DNA of 64,000 nt from a bacterium CG10_46_32 (lineage in GTDB: Bacteria > Patescibacteriota > Patescibacteriia > UBA2169), in assembly GCA_001889965.1 (NCBI GenBank), contig MOEI01000006.1:17494-81493 (forward strand). The letters run 5' to 3'. Made by a program: the position numbers and the translations under genes. The notes under the pieces are model-generated. The model was not told the origin of the DNA. It saw nothing but the letters and a program-made list of their open reading frames with translations, and ran no database searches. Position 1 is the stretch's first letter. Every line of letters starts with the position of its first letter. Positions 45,990 to 54,510 of the stretch are shown here, piece by piece.

Positions 45990-46835
45990 ATGAATACGAA
46001 TAAAAATTATTTAGAATGGAAAAAACAGTCCGATCCAGATAAGGGCTTTGCGGTACGAGGTACGCTCGTAGAACATGCGGCAAAAAAAGGTTTTAACGCC
46101 ATCATCGATGAGTATGTTTATATTTATCCCGAAAATATAGAACGAACATTTCGGTTGTTGCCTTTGGCGTGGGAATCTTTTAAAGGTGTAGGAGTTGATT
46201 TGGGTGGCGGTGTTGGGTGCGTCGCAGCTACTATAGCCAGAAAACCTGAAGTGGAGAAAATATACTGTGTCGAGTTTACAAAAGAAGTTGTTGAACTGTG
46301 TCAGTCGATTGTAAAACAGGTTGTTTTGCCAGGCAAGGAGGACAAGGTGGTTTCTGTTCTTGGTGATTTTGACAACCTAGAGCTTGCGGATGGCTCTATT
46401 GATTTTGCGATTGATTGGGATTCTCTACATCATTCTTATGATGTAATAAAAACATTGCGCGAGTGTCATCGTGTTTTAAAACCGAGCGGCCGGCTTATTA
46501 TGGTTGATCGAGTACACAACAATAATACGCCGGAGTCTGAACTCGAACGCCGTCGTACTATTGTGTACGATAAAGAATTTTTGCGGAGAAATTATTTGGA
46601 CGAAAATATAGTACTCACTCGAAAGGATTTAGGCGAACATGAATGGCGATTTCGTGAGTGGGAAAGTTTTTTTTCCGCAGCGGGTTTTAAGGTGCTAGAT
46701 ACCATAATTATTAAAACAGATACTGAGGATAATCGGGCAATAAAGAATGACAAAAATTTAGTCGAAATTTTAACAAACTATAATTTAGGCGGTTTTGGAA
46801 GCCGTAAAGTTGGCTATATTCTTGAGGCCCTATAA
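45990..46835 (+). CDS. Class I SAM-dependent methyltransferase
   Basis: VDLGGGVG, GDFDNL, SLHH, RVLKPSG. Confidence 0.87.
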   Translation: MNTNKNYLEWKKQSDPDKGFAVRGTLVEHAAKKGFNAIIDEYVYIYPENIERTFRLLPLAWESFKGVGVDLGGGVGCVAATIARKPEVEKIYCVEFTKEVVELCQSIVKQVVLPGKEDKVVSVLGDFDNLELADGSIDFAIDWDSLHHSYDVIKTLRECHRVLKPSGRLIMVDRVHNNNTPESELERRRTIVYDKEFLRRNYLDENIVLTRKDLGEHEWRFREWESFFSAAGFKVLDTIIIKTDTEDNRAIKNDKNLVEILTNYNLGGFGSRKVGYILEAL

Positions 46836-46848
46836 TACGACATTGATT

Positions 46849-47997
46849 ATGCAAAAAAAGAAGATTATTTTTTTAACGGGCACACGAGCCGATTTTGGAA
46901 AAATAAAGCCGTTGATTGATGTGACGATGCGTGCAAATATATTTGAAGTGCATATTTTTGCAACAGGCATGCACTTGAGCAAAAAATACGGATACACAAT
47001 GAACGAAATAAAAAAGTGCGGCTTTGAGAATATCTATCCGTTTGATAATGACGTTGAAAGCGGAAGCCTGAGCAGCGTCCTTGCAAACACGATTAATGGT
47101 TTTGGCGATTATGTACAAGCGTTGCAGCCAAATTTGATTATTGTTCATGGGGATCGAGTTGAAGCGCTCGCCGGCGCATTAGTCGGCTCCCTGAATAATA
47201 TTATTGTTGCACACGTGGAAGGCGGAGAGGTTTCCGGAACCATTGATGAACATATACGGCATGCAATAAGCAAAATGTCACATATTCATTTTGTGGCAAA
47301 TGCGGAAGCCCAGAAACGCCTCGTGCAGATGGGGGAATCAGATGAGGTGATTCATGTTATCGGTTCACCGGATCTAGACATAATGACTTCTTCGGATTTG
47401 CCCAGTATGGAGGAAGCCAAGCAGAAATACAGCATACCTTTTGGTCGCTATGCTATTTTACTCTACCATCCTGTAACTTCGGAGTTGGATAAACTTCAGG
47501 TGCATGCTGATGACTTGGTTTCTGAAGTGTTTGATTCAGGGCTCAATTATATCGTTGTATATCCGAATAGCGATCCGGGTTCGGATTGCATTCTTAAAAG
47601 CTATCAGGAACACTTAGAGGTGAATGATCGTTTTCGAGTTATCCCTTCGGTTCGGTTTGAGCATTTTTTGACGCTCATCAAGCATGCTAAATTTATTATT
47701 GGAAACTCAAGCGTTGGCATTCGGGAGGCGCCTTTTTACGGAGTTCCCAGTATTAATATCGGTACGCGTCAGCATCGACGGCTTAAGCCTGGCACTGCCA
47801 AGAGTATTGTGGATGTGCCAGATGATCGGAGTGAAATAGCGCGCGCTATCCGCGATGCAGCTAAGATCGAAAAACGGTATGAAAAGAATCAGTACTTTGG
47901 AGACGGTAACAGTGCCAAGCGTTTTTATAGCATTATCACTCGGGATGATTTTTGGAACACCAACGCCCAGAAATTTTTTGTTGATTTATACGAGTAA
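46849..47997 (+). CDS. neuC: Hydrolysing UDP-GlcNAc 2-epimerase (SiaA/NeuC) 2
   Basis: Start ATG 46849; TGTRADFGKIK, HGDRVEAL, HVEGGEVSGTIDE, GSPDLD, YPNSDPG, GNSSVGIREAP. Confidence 0.9.
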   Translation: MQKKKIIFLTGTRADFGKIKPLIDVTMRANIFEVHIFATGMHLSKKYGYTMNEIKKCGFENIYPFDNDVESGSLSSVLANTINGFGDYVQALQPNLIIVHGDRVEALAGALVGSLNNIIVAHVEGGEVSGTIDEHIRHAISKMSHIHFVANAEAQKRLVQMGESDEVIHVIGSPDLDIMTSSDLPSMEEAKQKYSIPFGRYAILLYHPVTSELDKLQVHADDLVSEVFDSGLNYIVVYPNSDPGSDCILKSYQEHLEVNDRFRVIPSVRFEHFLTLIKHAKFIIGNSSVGIREAPFYGVPSINIGTRQHRRLKPGTAKSIVDVPDDRSEIARAIRDAAKIEKRYEKNQYFGDGNSAKRFYSIITRDDFWNTNAQKFFVDLYE

Positions 47998-49400
47998 TGA
48001 GAGGCATGACTATTTTTATTACCATTGCCAAAGGATTAATTGCTCGCAACCTCCTGCAGAATGATTTTTATGCACTCGTAAAAAAACATTTCGACAAAGT
48101 GGTTGTATTGAGCACTGCGTGGAGCGATGAACGATTTGTTACTGAGTTTGGCGGCAGTAATGTGGTATTTTTGCCACTACCTCAGGCGCCGGATACGTTT
48201 GCGAGTAAGCTTATTGGCAACCTAAGCCGGTATATTATCTATAACGGCAGGACCGAAATGATGAGTGCGTATAATTTTGATCGCGGCAAGGATGTGCCTG
48301 TTATATGGTGGTACCCAAAATACCTCATTCTTAAGGCGGTGTTTGTACCGCTTTCAAAAATTACTTCTTTGCGAAAATTATTGCGCAAGATTGATGTTGC
48401 ATTTTTACATAAAAAGACCGTGGCAAAGTACCGCGCGCTTATTAAAGAGCATGCTCCAAATGTGGTATTTGTTTCTAATATAGTGGATAATACCGAAGCT
48501 GCTTTGGTAAAAGCAGCACGCCGAGAAAGGGTTCCCAGCGTTGCTATGGTTAAGAGCTGGGATAATTTTTCCAAGCAATATTTTGGCGCATCCGCAGATA
48601 CGTTTGCCGTGTGGAATCAGTTTATGGCGGAACAGGCGCATGCGCTGCAGGATTATAAAAAGGAAGCTATTGCTATTGTGGGCGTTCCTCAGTTTGATTA
48701 CTATGCAGACCATTTCTGTATTGTGCCACGAGAGGTGTTTTGTAAGCGCGCGGGTTTGGATCCGAATAAAAAGATTATTTTTTTCGGGTCAGAGGGCAAG
48801 CTTATGCCTACAGATCCAAATATCGTAGAGGTGATGCGTGATTTTATAAAAAATAACGAACTTGCCGAGGAGTGCCAGGTGTTTGTGCGGCCGCATTTTG
48901 CCTACACACATGACCGCGAAAAATTTAAAGATTTTTTTAGTTCAAAAGAAGTGGTGGTAGATGCATCTCATAAATCCTCTTCGGGTTTTTCGGATGGCTG
49001 GGATTATTCTAGAGAACAAATGGAGTACTTCCTCAATGCCATTCATCATGCTGCTGTGGTTGTCAATACTGCGTCTACGCTTACGGCAGATGCCTTAGCG
49101 CTCAATCGACCTGTTATTTTAATTGCGTTTGAGGGATACGAGAAAAAAACAACTTACGAATCTGTTGCCGGGTGGTATACAAGCGATTATTACCAAAAAA
49201 TTGTTTCGTTTCATGCCGCGCTCATGGCAGATAGCGTTGCGCGCTTGCGTTCTGCGATTAATGAGTGTCTTGCCGATCCCGACATACTCTCCCCGGCGCG
49301 CAAAAAGTTTAAAGATTATTTTTGTTTTAAGGTGGATGGCGGCGCAGGCAAACGTTTATTTAGTGTAGTATATCAAGAAACAAATAGTATTAAAAATTAA
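47997..49400 (+). CDS. TagF/glycerophosphotransferase-like GT-B protein, paralog 2
   Basis: KSWDN, IVGVPQFDYY, VRPHF, STLTADA, NRP. Confidence 0.65.
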   Translation: MRGMTIFITIAKGLIARNLLQNDFYALVKKHFDKVVVLSTAWSDERFVTEFGGSNVVFLPLPQAPDTFASKLIGNLSRYIIYNGRTEMMSAYNFDRGKDVPVIWWYPKYLILKAVFVPLSKITSLRKLLRKIDVAFLHKKTVAKYRALIKEHAPNVVFVSNIVDNTEAALVKAARRERVPSVAMVKSWDNFSKQYFGASADTFAVWNQFMAEQAHALQDYKKEAIAIVGVPQFDYYADHFCIVPREVFCKRAGLDPNKKIIFFGSEGKLMPTDPNIVEVMRDFIKNNELAEECQVFVRPHFAYTHDREKFKDFFSSKEVVVDASHKSSSGFSDGWDYSREQMEYFLNAIHHAAVVVNTASTLTADALALNRPVILIAFEGYEKKTTYESVAGWYTSDYYQKIVSFHAALMADSVARLRSAINECLADPDILSPARKKFKDYFCFKVDGGAGKRLFSVVYQETNSIKN

Positions 49401-49428
49401 TCTAATTTATTAGTTGTAAAATTTATGT

Positions 49429-50109
49429 ATGAAGCTTAGCATAATAGTTCCGGCACATAATGAATCAGCAAATTTAAAACTTCTCGTGCCGCAGATTGAC
49501 ACTATCTTATCAACACTTAATGAGGAATATGAAATTATTGTGGTTGATAATGCATCAACCGATGATACGTTGGAAATACTGAATATACTTAAGCGACAGT
49601 TTTCTTCGGTTATTAGTGTTTTTGAGCCCAAAAAAGGATTTGGAAGTGCGATACTTGCCGGATTAGCGCGTTCACAAGGGGATGTTATTGGATACATTCA
49701 TGCAGACAACCAGATGGAGGCAATGGACATTGTTCGAATATACCAGAAGCTTAAGTTGGAGAATTTGGACATATGCAAAGCTACGCGCGCGGATCGGTAT
49801 GATGGTATTATGAGATGGGTTATCAGTAGGGTGTATAATTTGCTTTTTCGCGCCATGTTTCATGTTCGCTTGCGTGATATTAATGGCAGTCCGAAACTGT
49901 TTACCAGGAATTTTTTTTACGCCGCACATATAACTTCGCGTGATTGGTTTATTGATCCGGAAATTATCATTAAAGCGCAGCGCCGAGGCGCGCGAATGGG
50001 AGAGGTTATGATACACACTAAACCACGCGAACACGGTTCATCACAGGTTCGTGCAACTACTGTTTTAGAATTTTTAAAAAATATGTTTTACTACTGGAGG
50101 CAAAAATAA
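49429..50109 (+). CDS. GT2 polyprenol-phosphate glycosyltransferase (DPM1-like)
   Basis: LSIIVPAHNE, VVDNASTDDT, KGFGSA, HADNQ, DPEI. Confidence 0.87.
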   Translation: MKLSIIVPAHNESANLKLLVPQIDTILSTLNEEYEIIVVDNASTDDTLEILNILKRQFSSVISVFEPKKGFGSAILAGLARSQGDVIGYIHADNQMEAMDIVRIYQKLKLENLDICKATRADRYDGIMRWVISRVYNLLFRAMFHVRLRDINGSPKLFTRNFFYAAHITSRDWFIDPEIIIKAQRRGARMGEVMIHTKPREHGSSQVRATTVLEFLKNMFYYWRQK

Positions 50110-50110
50110 T

Positions 50111-51097
50111 ATGCAAAATTTTTGGAAAAATCGAAGGGTGCTTATTACCGGCGCTAACGGATTTTTGGCTGGTTGGCTGGCCAAGGACTTGGTTGGACGT
50201 GGCGCGAATTTAACCGCGCTCATATATAAAAAAAATCCGGTTTCCGTGTTTGAAACAGAAAAGATTAATAGGAAATCAGATGTGATATACGCGGATATAC
50301 TGGATTTGCGTTCCATGAAACGGATTATGAAAGAGCACCGGATTCAAACGGTTTTCCATCTCGGCGCGCAAGCTATTTGCCAAGTGGCTATTAAGGATCC
50401 TGTGGGAACCTTGGATGCGAACATTCGCGGCACCATGAACGTTTTGGAAGCGGTGCGCGCGGTAAATGCCAACATACATGTTGTGGTCGCCTCTTCTGAC
50501 AAAGCCTATGGGATCCATAAAAAACTTCCCTATCTGGAGACGTATGCGCTTCATGGAGAATTTCCGTACGAAGTGTCAAAGAGCTGCGCTGATTTAATCA
50601 GCCAGATGTATTATGCTACGTACAATATACCTATATGCGTCATTAGAAGCGGCAACCTATATGGAGGCGGGGATTCTCATTTTTCACGTATTTATCCTAA
50701 AACAATTTATCGCCTTTCCCGGGGCTTACGGCCGCAACTCCGGGACAATAGCATTAGAGATTATGTGTATGTTGAAGATGCGGCTCGCGCGTACCGTATG
50801 GTTGCCGAAAAAATGAAACATGGTTTGGTTGGAGAAGTGTTTAATCTTGGCTGGAACCGCCCTGTGTCGGTTTTACGCGTGCTGCGTTTAATAGCCAAGA
50901 CAATGAAAAAGCCTCATTTAAAGCCAGAAACTTCAAACAGAAGCAGTTCTCATATTCCAAAACAGTACCTTTCGGCAGCCAAAATAAAAAAGATGGTTGG
51001 CTGGAAGGCGGAAATTTCATTAGAAGAGGGAACAAAAAGAACCGTGGCTTGGTATATTGATTTTTTAAAAACTCACAAGTTCCGTTTGCACGATTAG
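50111..51097 (+). CDS. NDP-hexose 4,6-dehydratase (CDP-glucose 4,6-dehydratase/RfbG-like)
   Basis: FWKNRRVLITGANGF, SSDKAYG, PYEVSKSCAD, GNLYGGGD. Confidence 0.8.
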   Translation: MQNFWKNRRVLITGANGFLAGWLAKDLVGRGANLTALIYKKNPVSVFETEKINRKSDVIYADILDLRSMKRIMKEHRIQTVFHLGAQAICQVAIKDPVGTLDANIRGTMNVLEAVRAVNANIHVVVASSDKAYGIHKKLPYLETYALHGEFPYEVSKSCADLISQMYYATYNIPICVIRSGNLYGGGDSHFSRIYPKTIYRLSRGLRPQLRDNSIRDYVYVEDAARAYRMVAEKMKHGLVGEVFNLGWNRPVSVLRVLRLIAKTMKKPHLKPETSNRSSSHIPKQYLSAAKIKKMVGWKAEISLEEGTKRTVAWYIDFLKTHKFRLHD

Positions 51098-51100
51098 TGT

Positions 51101-52066
51101 ATGAGAAATTTTTTTACCGACAAACAAGTGGTGGTTACTGGAGGGGGTGGATTTATTGGTTCGTATTTGGTGCGGGAATTAATTCGGTTGGGAGCTTCGG
51201 TGCATGCTTTAGTTGACGAGGGCGGATCCACGAATCGCCTTGATTCTTTTGCGCTTCGTGCGCATATTCACCGCGTTTCAGTATGGAACAGAGATGCACT
51301 TAAGCCTATGCTTCAACGCATTAAGCCGCAAATTATTTTTCATTTGCGCGCAGCCATTCATCAGGCATCCAACCAAGAAAGGAAAGAGTATTTTTTTAAG
51401 ACCAATGTAGGCGACACCAAGGAACTGGCAAACGCGGCATTGGCACTTGAATTAGAATCGTTTGTTAACGCTGGAACCATTGCTGAATATGGAGGCGCGC
51501 CAGCTCCTTTTGAGGAAGACGAAATAGCCGCGCCAATATCAGAATATGGCGAGAGTAAGCTGGCGGCAACCATATGGTTGAAATCTTTGCACAAAACACA
51601 TGGATTCCCAGCCATACTGGTGCGGTCATCTGTGGTGTATGGGCCAGGCCAACATCCGCATTCATATTTAATCCCTAATGTTATTATGAGTTGTTTGCAA
51701 AAAAAAGATTTTCAAATCAAATCATCAGGATTGCAAACGCGCGATCCATTGTATATCAGCGATGATGTGGCGGGTTTGCTTATGGCCGCCGCTAACACTC
51801 AAAAAACCCAGGGAGAAATTATCAACCTTGGTCTGGGTAGGGAATATACTGTATTTGAGATTGCTCAACTTATTAATCAAAAGCTAGGCAATCTAGTTAA
51901 TATCAGCACTGGTTCAGATGACGACAGGCCAGGAGAGAATAAAAATTATTGGCAGAATATCAGCAAAGCGGAGAAATTATTTGGTTGGACGCCAAAAATA
52001 TCTCTGGAAAAAGGGATTAACGAAACAGTTACTTGGTATAAAGAACATTATAAAGATGGTATATGA
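51101..52066 (+). CDS. NAD-dependent epimerase/4-reductase (SDR)
   Basis: VTGGGGFIG, YGESK, VYGPGQ, QTRD. Confidence 0.85.
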   Translation: MRNFFTDKQVVVTGGGGFIGSYLVRELIRLGASVHALVDEGGSTNRLDSFALRAHIHRVSVWNRDALKPMLQRIKPQIIFHLRAAIHQASNQERKEYFFKTNVGDTKELANAALALELESFVNAGTIAEYGGAPAPFEEDEIAAPISEYGESKLAATIWLKSLHKTHGFPAILVRSSVVYGPGQHPHSYLIPNVIMSCLQKKDFQIKSSGLQTRDPLYISDDVAGLLMAAANTQKTQGEIINLGLGREYTVFEIAQLINQKLGNLVNISTGSDDDRPGENKNYWQNISKAEKLFGWTPKISLEKGINETVTWYKEHYKDGI

Positions 52067-53277
52067 CAAAAAAGAAACAGAGCAACATACGGGTTCCATA
52101 TGCGCTGGCGGTTTTTGGCAAAGAAGAGCGCGAGGCAGTCCAAAAAGTTTTATCCACTCCCATGATTGTTCCGGGTCCATATGCGCGAACATTTGAACAG
52201 AAAATATCCCATTTGTTTAAGAAGCGTTATGGTGTTTTGGTTAATTCTGGTTCGTCCGCTAATTTGCTCGCTTTTGAAATTCTAGACTTACCTAAAGGAT
52301 CGGAGGTTATTACCCCTGTGTTGACATTTAGCACCACGTTAGCGCCTATTATCCAAAAAGGACTTGTTCCTGTATTTGTGGATGTGGTCTTGGGCGAATA
52401 TACTATTGATATAAAACAAGTTGAAGCGTTAATCACTAAAAAAACAAAAGCTCTGATGATTCCTTCGCTCATCGGAAATATTCCTGATTACCGCGCATTG
52501 TCTCGGTTGGCAAAAAAGTATAAGTTGTATTTAATTGAAGATTCTTGTGATACACTTGGGAGTCGGATATATGGCAAGCCAACAGGTTGCTATACCGACA
52601 TATCCACGACCAGTTTTTATGCTTCGCATATTATTACAGCGGCTGGAAATGGCGGTATGATTTGCGTTAATAATCCTGAATGGCATAGGCGCGCAAAAAT
52701 GTTGGCTGGCTGGGGCAGATCTTCGGCTATACATGAATCAGAAAAAGCAGAGTACCGATTTGGGGTTGCGGTCGACGGCATTCCGTATGATAGAAAATTT
52801 CTTTTTACGGAGATTGGATATAATTTTCAATCGACCGACATTGCGGCCGCTTTTGGTTTAGCGCAGTTGACGAAGTTTAAAGATTTTTTCCGCGCCCGCG
52901 AGCTTAATTTTAGGGCGTTGGCAAATTTTTTTAAAGCATATGAACAGTTTTTTGTTTTGCCGCATCAAAATAAAAACGTTATAACTGCTTGGTTAGCTTT
53001 TCCGTTGGTTGTGCGTCCTAATGCGCCATTTACGCGCCAGGTGCTTGTAAAATTTTTAGAGGAGAGCAATATACAAACCAGACCTATGTTTACCGGCAAT
53101 GTTTTACGCCAAAGTGCGTTTAAGAAAATTAAAGCCAGGCGGCGCGCCGGCGGCTATCCGAACGCGGACTTGGTCATGAGGGGGTCACTGCTTATTGGGT
53201 GCCATCAGGGAATTAAGCGCGAGCATTTGACATACATGAAAAATATTTTTACCGAATTTTTAAGCAATTATAAATAA
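52063..53277 (+). CDS. PLP/PMP-dependent NDP-4-keto-6-deoxyhexose 3-dehydratase-like (RfbH/ColD type)
   Basis: NSGSSANL, EDSCDTLG, SFYASHIIT (His at the catalytic Lys position), GWGR, GYNF, TRPMFTGN. Confidence 0.8.
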   Translation: MTKKKQSNIRVPYALAVFGKEEREAVQKVLSTPMIVPGPYARTFEQKISHLFKKRYGVLVNSGSSANLLAFEILDLPKGSEVITPVLTFSTTLAPIIQKGLVPVFVDVVLGEYTIDIKQVEALITKKTKALMIPSLIGNIPDYRALSRLAKKYKLYLIEDSCDTLGSRIYGKPTGCYTDISTTSFYASHIITAAGNGGMICVNNPEWHRRAKMLAGWGRSSAIHESEKAEYRFGVAVDGIPYDRKFLFTEIGYNFQSTDIAAAFGLAQLTKFKDFFRARELNFRALANFFKAYEQFFVLPHQNKNVITAWLAFPLVVRPNAPFTRQVLVKFLEESNIQTRPMFTGNVLRQSAFKKIKARRRAGGYPNADLVMRGSLLIGCHQGIKREHLTYMKNIFTEFLSNYK

Positions 53278-53283
53278 TCCATA

Positions 53284-54510
53284 ATGGAAAAAGCTAGAGA
53301 AAAAAGACCGATATTTATTGTCGGATGCACTCGCAGCGGCACCAAGCTCGTATCCCGCATTGTGGGCGGGCATCTTGATAATTTTTTAATTACCGAGCAC
53401 CGCGAAAAATTCCACATTCCCGAGGACCGTTCCGGCGTGTGCGAAGAGCACTTGTGGTTTAATAATTTTGAATTTAAGCATTGGGGAAAAAACGGGGATC
53501 CTTTAGTACGGACACCTATCTACAATAAAGCAGATATTGCCCGCATGAAAGAGATATTATTGTCTCTTTCTGGAGCCAAGCGGTTGGTGGTTAAAAATCC
53601 GCAGGATATTTTACGAATCCGTTTTATTAAAAAAATGTTCCCAGATGCCTTGTTTGTTTTTTGCGTGCGGAACCCATGGCATGGTTTGCAGTCTCGAATT
53701 ATTGGTGGCGAGGCAAAGTATTTAATCCCATCGGAGAAGAATTTTGAATTGCCGGATGATCTGTTGCTTAAGTCCGTGTATTCATGGAAAGAGAGTATTG
53801 ATATTTACCAGAACGAGCATGATGAAAACTGGTGCGCAATCCGGTATGAGGATGTTGTGTTTAGCACCAAGGATACACTTGCTAAGTTGTTTGAGTTTTT
53901 AGGAATGGATTCGCATTCTGAATACTTCAATAGGGCGTGCTCCTTGCCGCGGGATTTAGAACATCAGTATTATCCGGTTAAAAAAGCATTTAAGAAGAGT
54001 GCATTTAAAAAAGAAATAATGGATATTGTTCATGACGGATGTGCCGTATTTCCGTATGAGACATCTATTGATTTGGTTCCCGGAAGCGCGTGGCACTACT
54101 ATTTATTAGAGAAGGATATCATTAACATCAAGTGGCTTAAAGCGCGTTTTATTGGAATCACTAAGTGCATGTCTAAAAGCATTTTGCGGATTGTTTTTTA
54201 CGTAGTGGGTGGTGTCCGTAAAACCATAGTGAGCCACATTATGTTTGCCGCTCTTTCCGAAGGGGCAAGCGCGTTTGTTTCCACGGAGGATGCCAAAATC
54301 GCGGATGTTGCTGGGCATAGTAAAAAAGATGAAACAGCATCATTTATTGTTTCGCAAATGCAGTATCAGCGCCTTAGGCATTTTAATCGTGTGATTGTTT
54401 TAGATAGCACAGGATCTTCGTGGCTATTGCTTAAGAATATTGACTTTTTTCCGGAAAAACAGTATAATTATATACTTAATGGAAAGGTAGAATACATAAA
54501 ACATGCTTGA
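53284..54510 (+). CDS. PAPS-dependent sulfotransferase
   Basis: 5'-PSB motif PIFIVGCTRSGTK, KNP, 3'-PB VRNP...S, IRYEDVV. Confidence 0.82.
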   Translation: MEKAREKRPIFIVGCTRSGTKLVSRIVGGHLDNFLITEHREKFHIPEDRSGVCEEHLWFNNFEFKHWGKNGDPLVRTPIYNKADIARMKEILLSLSGAKRLVVKNPQDILRIRFIKKMFPDALFVFCVRNPWHGLQSRIIGGEAKYLIPSEKNFELPDDLLLKSVYSWKESIDIYQNEHDENWCAIRYEDVVFSTKDTLAKLFEFLGMDSHSEYFNRACSLPRDLEHQYYPVKKAFKKSAFKKEIMDIVHDGCAVFPYETSIDLVPGSAWHYYLLEKDIINIKWLKARFIGITKCMSKSILRIVFYVVGGVRKTIVSHIMFAALSEGASAFVSTEDAKIADVAGHSKKDETASFIVSQMQYQRLRHFNRVIVLDSTGSSWLLLKNIDFFPEKQYNYILNGKVEYIKHA

